Origin: the human T2T-CHM13v2.0 reference genome, Homo sapiens | Length of the DNA: 64,000 bases | Assembly (NCBI RefSeq): GCF_009914755.1 | Contig: NC_060948.1 | Strand: one strand, 5' to 3' | Shown: piece by piece, positions 39,056-55,999 of the stretch | How the letters are laid out: every line of letters begins with the position of its first letter | How positions within the stretch are numbered: position 1 is the first letter of the stretch | Made by a program: the position numbers and the translations under genes | Notes under the pieces: model-generated | What the model was told of the DNA's origin: nothing | Seen by the model: the letters and a program-made list of their open reading frames with translations, nothing else | The model's database searches: none

Positions 39056-41368
39056 CTGAAAAGAAAGGTGGCAGAAAAAAAAGAATATGGTAAACCATTT
39101 TTTAAAATTAGAAAGAAATATCATTCCCAATGTAACAAAAATATTAAAAACGTTAAAATATCATTTTTCTACATACAACAATGCAGAATTCTAAATGAAT
39201 GACTGACTTTATGAAGAAAGAAATAGTCTATGTCATGTGCCACACTTTGGGTGTGAAGGGGGAACAAATGACAAAAGAATTGACTATTTCACCAAAGTTT
39301 ACCTTATACTGTGTACTTATTCACACCCAGAAATTCTTTCTTACACCGGTGATAAGGCTCCATTAAGACAGATTGCAATGTAAGTTAAATTTATACATTT
39401 GCTATTTCAATGTCAGAATATTTCTAGACTGTTTTGTATCAGACAATATTAAAGGGTAATATGTAGTTCTATAGATATTAGTGCTATGTTTGTACTTCAT
39501 TCCAAAAAACTAAGTGCAGTCTATAATCCAATACTGGAGAAGAGAAAGTATAATGTCTTATATGTTTCAATGAATTCTTATTGTTTGAAAACATACAGGT
39601 AGCAGCACACATGAATATGCCCTGATTCAGTAATGCCGCACAGTAAATGACAGAAACAAGTAGGGCTTTTTTTCCAGCCATTGTTCAGAGAAGGAAAAAG
39701 AAGAGGTATACCACACATGTTTCAAGTACATGGAAAACATCAACAAATTAGAGACACTGCAGAACTATTGGACTATTATTTTGTTACTTCATTTTCCGTC
39801 AAAGAAAATGTCTTTAAAGCTAACACATAAATAAAACGAACTAAGAAGAATATAAACGTCCTTTATCAACATTAAGTGATGGAGTATGTCAAAACCTACT
39901 TTAAATATCAGTGTAAGCAGGATCAGAGAAATTAGATGCAAGAAGCTCACGGGATTTATATACCTACTAAACCACATCAGAAATCTACCCATTCCCGAAC
40001 CAGAATATATCCAGAAGTCAGCAATTTATATGAGGAGGCATCTGGAAATCATTTCAAATAAAGGGTAGCTAGATGAACTGTTAAACTTACCGAAGAATGA
40101 AGTAGGCAGACACATAAGGAGAGCTGCTTTCATTCACTTTAGGAACTGGTTATAAGGAGGAAAGCAGCTCTGGTGCTTTGGAGGTAATACTCTCGTTTAC
40201 TCCTATTCTTATTTAAGCGCAATTAACAGCAAAGCATTTCTGTCTCTGTTCTACAAATTTTCTGTTGCTGGTAAAGCCAGAGGCAGAATCTACGCAGATG
40301 CATGCTAATTCAAAAGCCACATGAATACTACCTTTCTTTGATGATATGGTCTATCATTAAGTGGACCTGCCATTGCTTAAGCAAATAAAAACCTCAGGGC
40401 AAAAAAGGCACTGTTGCTCCCATGGGAGTTTATAATCGGGTTAACAAGAAAGTAAAAAAATAAACTAAAACATTGATATAAAAATCACTTAAAAATAGTA
40501 ATAGGCATATACGACGTGGAAAAAAACCAAGAATGAACAGGAAGTCTATGTTTGGCTAATTCACTTAACATCAAGGAAAACATAATCCCTTTGCTCCCCA
40601 ACAGGCCCCTATGGTGGCATCTTAAAAAAAAAAAAAAAAAGGAAACCAAAACTATTAAAATATTCCTACACATTTTCAAAAACACATGAGAAACACAATA
40701 TTGAAGCACTTATCCTGCTGTCTCCTTTTTTATTATAATACAAGTAACAGAAAGGAAAACTTGAGTACTTTATGTTTCTACTCCATGACATTCTTGTTAC
40801 TTTTATATTAGAAACTTCACCCTTCTCCACATTTTCGGGAGTTGGCAATGTGGAAACCTCAAAGATACTAGCTCTTTCAGTTTATTACCATAGATATAAT
40901 TATTGGGCATAGATGTACTTGTATCTGTGAAAAGAGACCCAGAGAATTGCTATCGTGAAACAGCCAGCTAAAATGAAAATATAGTTGGAATTCTGTGCTC
41001 TGCAAAGTGGGTCATAATTTTATTTCACTCTATCTCCCTAAGAAAATTCATGAAAGTCAGTTTGGATGTTTCATTCAGTTATTTGACAGTAAAGATGAAA
41101 ACTACATCCAGAAATGAAGAATGGGACACCAAATCTCAGAAATCTGTTCTACAGGAAAGTTATTCCCAAGTATATTCCTGTCAAAATTCGACTTCATTAC
41201 TTCTCAATAAGACAGAGGTCTTCATTCTACACTAATTCTAAGTGTTTCCTTAAATTTTAGGTACACTTCACTAGTTTAAAATGACCAACTATTCCGGAAA
41301 TTTGTATAAACAAGTTAAAGGCCTCAATAATACCTGAAAGCAAATAATTTTACTCCTTCTTACATTAC

Positions 41369-41440
41369 CTGATAATTATATACAGGCAACTGATATCCAG
41401 TGGTGACCTGAAATGGTGAACTTGGATAAGCAGGAAATGC
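41369..41440 (-). CDS. DAZ1: DAZ-repeat exon: AFPAYPSSPFQVTTGYQLPVYNYQ
   Basis: 72 nt AG/GT exon, first one downstream of the L1. Confidence 0.95.
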
Positions 41441-43018
41441 CTGAAAAGAAAGGTTGGCAGAAAAAAATGAATATGGTAAACCACTTTTTAAAATTACAAA
41501 GAAATATAATTCCCAATATAACAACAATATTACAGAAGGGAAAATATCGTTTTTCTACATACAACAATGCAGAATTCCAAATGAATGACTGATTTATGAA
41601 GAAAGAAAGATTCCATGTCAAGTGCTACACTTTGGCTGTGAAGGGGGAAGAAATGACAAAAGAATTGACGACTTCACCAAAGTTTACCTTATACTGTGTA
41701 CGTATTCACACCCAGACGTTATTTCTTACACTGGTGATAAGGCTCCATTAAGAGAGATTGCAAGGTAAGTTAAATTAATACATTTGCTATTTCCCTGTCA
41801 GAATATTTCTACACTGTTTTTTATCAGACAATATTATAGGACAATGTGTAGTTGTACACGCGTTATGGCTTTGTCTGTACTTCATTCCGGAAAACTAAGT
41901 GCAGTCTATAATCCAATACTGGAGAAGAGAAAGTATAATGTCTTATATGTTTCAATGAATTCTTATTGTTTGAAAACATACAGGTAGCAGCATACATGAA
42001 TACACCCAGATTCAGTAATGCCTCACAGTAAATGACAGAAAGAAGTAGGGTTTTTTTTCTAGCCATTGTTCAGAGAAGGAAAAAGAAGAGGTGTACCATA
42101 CATGTTTCAAGTACATGGAAAATATCAACAAATTAGAGACACGGCAGAACTATTCGACTATTATTTTGTTACTTCACTTTCCGTCAAAGAAAATGTCTTT
42201 AAAGCTAACACATAAATAAAACGAACTAAGAAGAATATAAACGTCCTTTATCAACATTAAGTGATGGAGTATGTCAAAACCTACTTTAAATATCAGTGTA
42301 AGCAGGATCAGAGAAATTAGATGCAAGAAGCTCACGGGATTTATATACCTACTAAACCACATCAGAAATCTACCCATTCCCGAACCAGAATATATCCAGA
42401 AGTCAGCAATTTATATGAGGAGGCATCTGGAAATCATTTCAAATAAAGGGTAGCTAGATGAACTGTTAAACTTACCGAAGAATGAAGTAGGCAGACACAT
42501 AAGGAGAGCTGCTTTCATTCACTTTAGGAACTGGTTATAAGGAGGAAAGCAGCTCTGGTGCTTTGGAGGTAATACTCTCGTTTACTCCTATTCTTATTTA
42601 AGCGCAATTAACAGCAAAGCATTTCTGTCTCTGTTCTACAAATTTTCTGTTGCTGGTAAAGCCAGAGGCAGAATCTACGCAGATGCATGCTAATTCAAAA
42701 GCCACATGAATACTACCTTTCTTTGATGATATGGTCTATCATTAAGTGGACCTGCCATTGCTTAAGCAAATAAAAACCTCAGGGCAAAAAAGGCACTGTT
42801 GCTCCCATGGGAGTTTATAATCGGGTTAACAAGAAAGTAAAAAAATAAACTAAAACATTGATATAAAAATCACTTAAAAATAGTAATAGGCATATACGAC
42901 GTGGAAAAAAACCAAGAATGAACAGGAAGTCTATGTTTGGCTAATTCACTTAACATCAAGGAAAACATAATCCCTTTGCTCCCCAACAGGCCCCTATGGT
43001 GGCATCTTGAAAAAAAAA

Positions 43019-43620
43019 GGGGGGTGGGGGAGGAGCCAAGATGGCCGAATAGGAACAGCTCCAGTCTACAGCTCCCAGCGTGAGCGACGCCGAAGACGGG
43101 TGATTTCTGCATTTCCATCTGAGGTACCGGGTTCATCTCACTAGGGAGTGCCAGACAGTGGGCGCAGGTCAGTGGGTGGGCTCACCGCGTGCGAGCGGAA
43201 GCAGGGCGAGGCATTGCCTCACTTGGGACGCGCAAGCGGTCAGGGAGTTCCCTTCTGAGTCAAAGAAAGGGGTGACGGATGCCACCTGGAGAATCGGGTC
43301 ACTCCCACCCGAATACTGCGCTTTTCCGACGGGCTTAAAAAACGGCACACCACTAGATTATATCCCGCACCTGGCTCGGAGGGTCCTACGCCCACGCAGT
43401 CTCACTGATTGCTAGCACAGCAGTCTGAGATCAAACTGCAAGGCGGCAACGAGGCTGGGGGAGGGGCGCCCGCCATTGCCCAGGCTTGATTAGGTAAACA
43501 AAGCCGCAGGGAAGCTCCAACTGGGTGGAGCCCACCACAGCTCAAGGAGGCCTGCCTGCCTCTGTAGGCTCCACCTCTAGGGGCAGGGCACAGACAAACA
43601 AAAAGACAGCAGTAACCTCT
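43019..43620. promoter_or_regulatory. L1 5'UTR CpG-rich bidirectional promoter (YY1 site CAAGATGGCC; antisense promoter faces downstream DAZ exons)
   Basis: YY1 motif at ~43037-43046 and many retained CpGs; antisense promoter inferred from L1PA biology. Confidence 0.7.
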
Positions 43621-43932
43621 GCAGACTTAAATGACCCTGTCTGACAGCTTTGAAGAGAGCAGTGGTTCTCCCAGCACGCAGCTGGAGATCTGAGAACGGG
43701 CAGACTGCCTCCTCAAGTGGGTCCCTGACCCCTGACCCCCCGAGCAGCCTAACTGGGAGGCACCCCCCAGCAGGGGCACACTGACACCTCACACGGCAGG
43801 GTATTCCAACAGACCTGCAGCTGAGGGTCCTCTCAGTTAGAAGGAAAACTAACAAACAGAAAGGACATCCACACCAAAAACCCATCTGTACATCACCATC
43901 ATCAAAGACCAAAAGTAGATAAAACCACAAAG

Positions 43933-44953
43933 AGGGGGAAAAAACAGAACAGAAAAACTGGAAACTCTAAAAAGCAGAGCACCTCTCCTCCTCCAAAGGA
44001 ACGCAGTTCCTCACCAGCAACGGAACAAAGCTGGATGGAGAATGACTTTGACGAGCTGAGAGAAGAAGGCTTCAGACGATCAAATTACTCTGAGCTACGG
44101 GAGGACATTCAAACCAAAGGCAAAGAAGTTGAAAACTTTGGAAAAAAAAAATGTAGAAGAATGTATAACTAGAATAACCAATACAGAGAAGTGCTTAAAG
44201 GAGCTGATGGAGCTGAAAACCAAGGCTCAAGAACTACGTGAAGAATGCAGAAGCCTCAGGAGCTGATGCGATCAACTGGAAGAAAGGGTATCAGCAATGG
44301 AAGATGAAATGAATGAAATGAAGTGAGAAGGGAAGTTTGGAGAAAAAAGAATAAAACGAAATGAGCAAAGCCTCCAAGAAATATGGGACTATGTGAAAAG
44401 ACCAAATCTACGTCTGCTTGGTGTACCTGAAAGTGATCGGGAGAATGGAACCAAGCTGGAAAACACTCTGCAGGATATTATCCAGGAGAACTTCCCCAAT
44501 CTAGCAAGGCAGGCCAACGTTCAGATTCAGGAAATACAGAGAACACCACAAAGATACTCCTCGAGAAGAGCAACTCCAAGACACATAATTGTCAGATTCA
44601 CCAAAGTTGAAATGAAGGAAAAAATGTTAAGGGCAGCCAGAGAGAAAGGTCGGGTTACCCTCAAAGGGAAGCCCATCAGACTAACAGTGGATCTCTCGGC
44701 AGAAACCCTACAAGCCAGAAGAGAGTGGGGGCCAATATTCAACATTCTTAAAGAAAATAATTTTCAACCCAGAATTTCATATCCAGCCAAACTAAGCTTC
44801 ATAAGCGAAGGAGAAATAAAATACTTTACAGACAAGCAAATGCTGAGAGATTTTGTCACCACCAAGCCTGCCTTATAAGAGCTCCTGAAGGAAGCACTAA
44901 ACATGGAAAGGAACAACCGGTACCAGCCGCTGCAAAATCATGCCAAAATGTAA
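43933..44953 (+). pseudogene. L1 ORF1, disrupted
   Basis: Start ATG changed to AGG at 43933, frameshift in the A run at ~44142-44151, premature stops; residual ORF 44393..44878 is the ORF1p RRM/CTD. Confidence 0.92.
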
Positions 44954-45016
44954 AGACCATCGAGACTAGGAAGAAACTGCATCAACTAACAAGCAAAATA
45001 ACCAGCTAACATCATA

Positions 45017-48844
<3,828 letters not shown>

Positions 48845-51154
48845 ACAATGAGATCACATGGACACAGGAAGGGATATATCACACTCTGGGGACTGTTGTG
48901 GGGTGGGGGGAGGGGGGAGGGATAGCACTGGGAGATATACCTAATGCTAGATGAGGAGTTAGAGGGTGCAGAGCACCAGCATGGCACATGTATACATATG
49001 GAACTAACCTGCACAATGTGCACATGGACCCTAAAACTTAAAGCATAATTTTTTAAAAAAAAAGAATTGACTACTTCACCAAAGTTTACCTTATACTGTG
49101 TACTTATTCACACCCAGAAGTTATTTCTTACACTGGTGATAAGGCTCCATTAAGACAGATTGCAATGTAAGTTAAATTAATACATTTGCAATTTGCTGTA
49201 AGAATATTTCTAGACTGTTTTGTATCAGACAATATTATAGGGTAATATGTAGTTCTATAGATGTTATGGCTTTGTCTGTACTTCATTCCAAAAAACTAAG
49301 TGCAGTCTATAATCCAATACTGGAGAAGAGGAAGTATAATGTCTTATATGTTTCAATAAATGCTTATTGTTTGAAAACATACAGGCAGTAGCATACATGA
49401 ATACACCCAGATTCAGTAATGGCTCACAGTAAATGACAGTAACAAGTAGAGCTTTTCTTCTACCCATTGTTCAGAGAAGGAAAAATAAGAGGTATACCAT
49501 ACATGTTTCAAGTACATGGAAAATATCAACAAATTAGAAACACTGCAGAACTATTTCACTATTATTTTGTTACTACATTTTCCATCAAAGAAAATGTCTT
49601 TTAAGCTAACACATCAATGAAATGAACTAAGAAGAATATAAACGTTATTTATCAACAGTAAGTGATAGAGTATGTCAAACCCTACTTTAAATATCAATGT
49701 CACCAGGATCAGAGAAATTAGATGCCAGAAACTCAAGCGGTTTATATATATATACTAAATCACATCAGAAATCTACCCATTCCAGAACCAGAATATATCC
49801 AGAAGTCAGCAATTTATATGAGGAGGCATCTGGAAATCATTTCAAATAAAGGATAGCTAGATGAATTGCTAAACTTACGGAAGAATAAAGTAGGCAGACA
49901 CATAAGGAGAGCTGCTTTCATTCACTTTAGGAACTGCTTATACGGGGGAAAGCTGCTCTGGTGATTTGCAGGTAATACTCTCCTTTACTTCTATTCTTAT
50001 TTAAGCATAATTAACAGCAAAGCATTTCTGTTTCTCTTCTATAAATTTACTACTGCTGGTAAAGCCAGAGGCAGATTCTATGCAGCTACATGCTAATTCT
50101 AAAGTCACGTGAATATTACCTTTCTTTGATTATATAGTCTATCATTATGTGGAGCTGCCATTGCTTAAGCACATAAAACCCTGAGGGCAAAAAAGGCACT
50201 GTTGCTGCCATGGGAGTTTATACTCGGGTTAACAAGAAAGTAACAACAACAACAACAAACATTAATATAGAGAGTCACTTAAAAATATTTATAGGCATAT
50301 ATGACATGGAAAAAAAATCAAGAATGAACAGGAAGTCTATGTTTGGCTAATTCCCTTAACGTCAAGGACAACATAATCCCTTTGCTCCCCAACAGGCCCC
50401 TAAGGTGGCATCTTTAAAAAAAAAAAAAAAAAAGGAAACCAAAACTATTAAACTATTCCTACATATTTTCAAACACACATGAGAAACACAGTATTGAAGT
50501 ACTTATTCCGCTGTCTCCTTTTTTATTATAATAAAAGTAACAGAAAGGAAAACTTAAGTACTTTATGTTTCTTGTCCATGACATTCTTGTTACTTTAAAT
50601 TTGAATCTTCACCTTTCTCCAAATTTTTGGGAGTTGGCAATGTGGAAACCTCAAAAATACTAGCTCTTTCAGTTTATTACCATAGATATAGTTATGGGTC
50701 ATAGATATACTTGTATCTATGAGAAGAGATCCTGAGAATGACTACCGTCAAACAGCCAGCTAAAATGAAAATATAATTGGAATTCTGTGCTCTGAAAAGT
50801 GGATCATAATTTTATTTCACTCTATCTCCCTAAAAAAATTCATGAAAGTCAGTTTGGATGTTTCATTCAGCTATTTGACAGCAAAGATGAAAACTATATC
50901 CACAAATGAAGAAGGGGACACCAAATCTCAGAAATCTCTTCTACACAAATGTTATTGCCAAGGATATTCCTGTAAAAATATTACTTCATTACTTCTAAAT
51001 AAGACAGAGGTCTTCATTCTACACTAAGTCTTTCCTTAAATTTTAGGGACACTTCACTAGTTAAAAATGACCAACTATTCAGGAAATTTCTATAAACAAG
51101 TTAAAGGCCTCAATAATACCTGAAAGCAAACCATTTTACTACCTCTTACATTAC

Positions 51155-51226
51155 CTGATAATTGTATACAGGCAACTGATATCCAGTGGTGACCTGAACT
51201 GGTGAATTTGGATAAGCAGGAAATGC
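51155..51226 (-). CDS. DAZ1: DAZ-repeat exon: AFPAYPNSPVQVTTGYQLPVYNYQ
   Basis: 72 nt AG/GT exon, open frame. Confidence 0.95.
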
Positions 51227-53531
51227 CTGAAAAGGTTGCAGAAAAAATGAATATGGTAAACCACATTTTAAAATTAGAAAGAAATATAATTCCCAATATA
51301 AGAAAAATATTACAAAACGGAAAATATCCTTTTTCTACATACAACAATGCAGAATTCCAAATGAATGACTTTATGAGGAAAGAAAGATTCTATGTCAAGT
51401 GCTACACTTTGGGTGTGAAGGGGGAACAAATGACAAAGAACTGACTACTTCACCAAAATTTACCTTATACTGTGTACTTATTCACACCCAGAAATTATGT
51501 CTTACACTGGTGATAAGGTTCCACTAAGACAGATTGCAATGTAAGGTAAATCAATACATTTGCAATTTCGCTGTAAGAATATTTCCAGACTGTTTTGTAT
51601 CAGACAATATTGTAGGGTAATATGTAGTTCTATAGATGTTATGGCTTTGTCTGTATTTCATTCCAAAAAACTAATTGCAGTCTATATTCCAATACTGGAG
51701 AATAAAAAGTATAATGTCTGACATGTTTCAACAAATTCTTATTGTTTGAAAACATACAGGTAGCAGCATACATGAATACACCCAGAATCACTAATGCCTC
51801 ACAGTAAACGAGAGAAACAAGTAGGGCTTTTTTTCTAGCCATGGTTCAGAGAAGGAAAAAGAAGAGGTATACCATACATGTTTCAAGTACATGGAAAATA
51901 TCAACAAATTAGAGACACAGCAGAACGATTTCACTATTATTTCATTACTTCATTTTCTGTCAAAGAAAATGTCTTTTAAGCTAACACATCAATGAAATGA
52001 ACTAAGAAGAAAATAAACGATATTTATCAACAGTAAGTGACACACTATGTCAAACCCTACTTTAAATATCAATGTAACCACGATCAGAGAAATTACATGC
52101 CAGAAACTCACCGGGTTTATATATATATACTAAACCACGTCAGAAATCTGCCCATTCCAGAACCAGAATATATCCAGAAGTCAGCCATTTATATGAGGAG
52201 GCATGTGGCAATCATTTCAAATAAAGGATAGCTAGATAAACTGCTAAACTTACCGAAGAATAAAGTAGGCAGACACATAAGGAGAGCTGCTTTCATTCAC
52301 TTTAGGAACTGCTTATAAGGGGGAAAGCAGCTCCGGTGAGTTGGAGGTAATACTCTCCTTTACTCCTATTCTTATTTAGGCGTCATTAACAGCAAAGCAT
52401 TTCTGTTTCTCTTCTATAAATTTTCTACTGCTGGTAAAGCCAGAGGCATATTCTGTGCAGACACATGCTAATTCTAAAGTCACGTGAATACTCCCTTTCT
52501 TTGATTATATAGTCTATCATTATGTAGACCTGCCATTGCTTAAGCACATAAAAACCTGAGGACAAAAAAGGCACTGTTGCTGCCATGGGAGTTTATAATC
52601 GGGTTAACAAGAAGGAAACAACAACAAAAAAAACATTAACATAAAAAGTCACTTAAAAATATTTGTAGGCATATATGACATGGAAAAAAATCAAGAATGA
52701 ACAGGAAGTCTATGTTTGGCTAATTCCCTTAATGTCAAGGACAACATAATCCCTTTGCTACCCAACAGGCCCCTAAGGTGGAATCTTAAAAAATCAATTA
52801 ATAAATAAAAGGAAACCAAAACTATTGAAGTATTACTACACATTTTCAAAAACACATGAGAAACACAATATTAAAGTACTTATCCTGCTGTCTCCTTTTT
52901 TATTGTAATAAAAGTAACAGAAAGGAAAACTCAAATACTTTATGTTTCTAGTCCATGACATTCTTGTTACTTTTACATTGGAAACTTCAGCTTTCTCCAC
53001 ATTTTCGGGATTTCGCAATGTGGAAACCTCAAAGATACTAGCTCTTTCAGTTTATTACCGTAGATATAATTATGGGTCACAGATACACTTGTATCTATGA
53101 AAAGAGATCCAGAGCATTACTATCGTCAAACAGCCAGCTAAAATGAAAATGTAATTGGGATTCTGTGCTCTGAAAAGTGCAGCATAATTTTATTTCAGTC
53201 TATCTCCCTAAGAAAATTCATGAAAGACACTTTGGACGTTTCATTTAGCTATTTGACAGTAAAGATGAAAACTACATCCAGAAATGAAGAAGAGAACACC
53301 AAATCTCAGAAATCTGTTCTACAGAAAAGTTATTGCCAAGTATATTCCTGTCAAAATACTACCTCATTATTCTAAATAACACAGAGGTCTTCATTCTACA
53401 CTAAGTGTTTCCTTAAATTTTAGGTACAATTCACTAGTTTAAAATGAGCAACTATTCAGGAAATTTGTATGAACAAGTTAAAGGCCTCAATAATACCTAA
53501 AAGCAAATCATTTTACTCCCTCTGACATTAC

Positions 53532-53603
53532 CTGATAATTGTATACAGGGAACTGATATCCAGTGGCGACTTGAAATGGTGAATTTGGATAAGCAGGAAA
53601 TGC
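53532..53603 (-). CDS. DAZ1: DAZ-repeat exon: AFPAYPNSPFQVATGYQFPVYNYQ
   Basis: 72 nt AG/GT exon, same peptide as 58314-58385. Confidence 0.95.
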
Positions 53604-55927
53604 CTGAAAAGAAAGGTTCCAGAAAAAAATGAATACGGTAAACCATTTTTTTAAAATTAGAAAGAAATATAATTCTGAATATAACAAAAATAGGTAAAAT
53701 ATTGTTTTTCTACATACAATAATGCAGAATTCTAAATGAATGACTGACTTTATGAAGAAAGAAAGATTCTATGACAAGTGCTACACTTTGGGAGTGAAGG
53801 GGGAACTAATGACAAAAGAATTGACTATTTCACCAAAGTTTACCTTATACTGTGTACTTATTCACACCCAGAAGTTATTTCTTACACTGGTGGTAAGGCT
53901 CCATTAAGAGAGATTGCAAGGTAAGTTAAATTAATACATTTGCTATTTCCCTGTCAGAATATTTCTAGACTGTTTTGTATCAGACAATATTATAGGACAA
54001 TATATAGTTTGACAGATGTTATGGCTTTGTCTGTACTTCATTACGAAAAACTAAGTGCAGTCTATAATCCAATACTGGACAAGAGAAAGTATAATGTCTT
54101 ATATATTTCAAAAAATTTTTATTATCTGAAAACATACAGGTAGCAGCATACATGAATACACCCAGATTCAGTAATCGCTCACAGTAAATGACAGAAACAA
54201 GTAAGGCTTTTTTTCTAGCCATTGTTCAGAGAAGGAAAAAGAAGAGGTATACCATACATGTTTCAAGTACATGGAAAATATCACGAAATTAGAGACAACC
54301 GCAGAACTATTTCACTATTATTTTGTTACTTCATTTTCCATCAAAGAAAATGTCTTTTAAGCTAACACATAAATAAAACGAACTAAGAAGAATATAAAGG
54401 TTAGTTATCAACATTAAGTGATGGAGTATGTCAAACCCTACTTTAAATATCAGTGTAACCAGAATCAGAGAAATTAGACGCCAGAAGCTCACGGGGTTTA
54501 TATATATACTAAACCACATCAGAAATCTACCCATTCCAGAAGAAGAATATTTCCAGAAGTCAGCAATTTATATGAGGAGGCATCCGGAAATCATTTCAAA
54601 TAAAGAATAGCTAGATGAACTGCTAAACTTACCAAAGAATAAAGTAGGCAGACACATAAGGGGAGCTGCTTTCATTCACTTTAGGAACTGGTTATAAGGG
54701 GGAAAGCAGCTCCGGTGATTTGGCGGTAATACTCTCGTTTACTCCTATTCTCATTTAAGCGTCATTAACAGCAAAGCATTTCTGTTTCTCTTCTATAAAT
54801 ATTCTATTGCTGGTAAAGCCAGAGGCAGATTCTATGCAGATACATGCTAATTGTAAAGTCACATGAACACTACCTTTCTTTGATTATATAGTCTGTCATT
54901 ATATGGACCTGCCATTGCTTAACCACATAAAAACCTGAGGGCTAAAAAGGCACTCTTGCTCCCATGGGAGTTTATAATCGGGTTAACAAGAAAGTAACAA
55001 CAACAAAAAAATTAATATAAAGAATCACTTAAAAATATTTATAGGCATATATGACATGGAAAAAAATCAAGAATGAACAGGAAATCTATGTTTGGCTAAT
55101 TCACTTAACGTCAAGGACAACATAATCCTTTGCTCCCCAACAGGACCTTATGGTGGCATCTTAAAAAAAAAAAAGAAAGAAAAAGAAAGAAAAAAAAAGG
55201 ACACCGAAAGTATTATATGTATTCCTACACATTTTCAAAAACACATGAGAAATACAACATTGAAGTACTTATCCAGCTGTCTCCTTTTTCATTATAATAA
55301 AAGTAACAGAAAGGAAAACTTAAGTACTTTATGTTTCTAGTCCATGACATTCTTGTTACTTTTATATTGGAAACTTCACCTTTCTCCAAATTTTCGGGAG
55401 TTGGCAACGTGGAAACCTCAAAGATACTACCTCTTTCAGTTTCTTACCATAGATGTAATTATGGGTCATAGATATACTTGTATCTATGAAAAGAGATCCA
55501 GAGCATTACTATCTTCAAACAGCCAGCTAAAATGAAAATGTAATTGGGATTCTGTGCTCTGAAAAGTGCAGCATAAATTTATTTCACTCTATCTCCCTAA
55601 GAAAATTCATGAAAGTCAGTTTGGATGTTTCATTCAGCTATTTCACAGTAAAGATGAAAACTGCATCCAGAAATAAAGAAGAGAACACCACATCTCAGAA
55701 ATCTCTTCTACAGAAAAGTTATTGCCAAGTATATTCCTCTCAAAATACTACTTCATTACTTCTAAATAAGACAGAGGTCTTCATTCTACACTACTTCTAC
55801 GTGTTTCCTTAAATTTTAGGTACACTTCACTAATTTAAAATGACCAGCTATTCAGGAAATTTGTATAAACAAGTTGAATGCCTCAATAATACCTGAAAGT
55901 AAATCATTTTACTCCTTCTTACATTAC

Positions 55928-55999
55928 CTGATAATTATATACAGGCAACTGATATCCAGCAGTGACCTGAAATGGTGAACTTGGATAAGCAGGAAATGG
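55928..55999 (-). CDS. DAZ1: DAZ-repeat exon: PFPAYPSSPFQVTAGYQLPVYNYQ
   Basis: 72 nt AG/GT exon; peptide visible in ORF 55919..56125. Confidence 0.95.
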
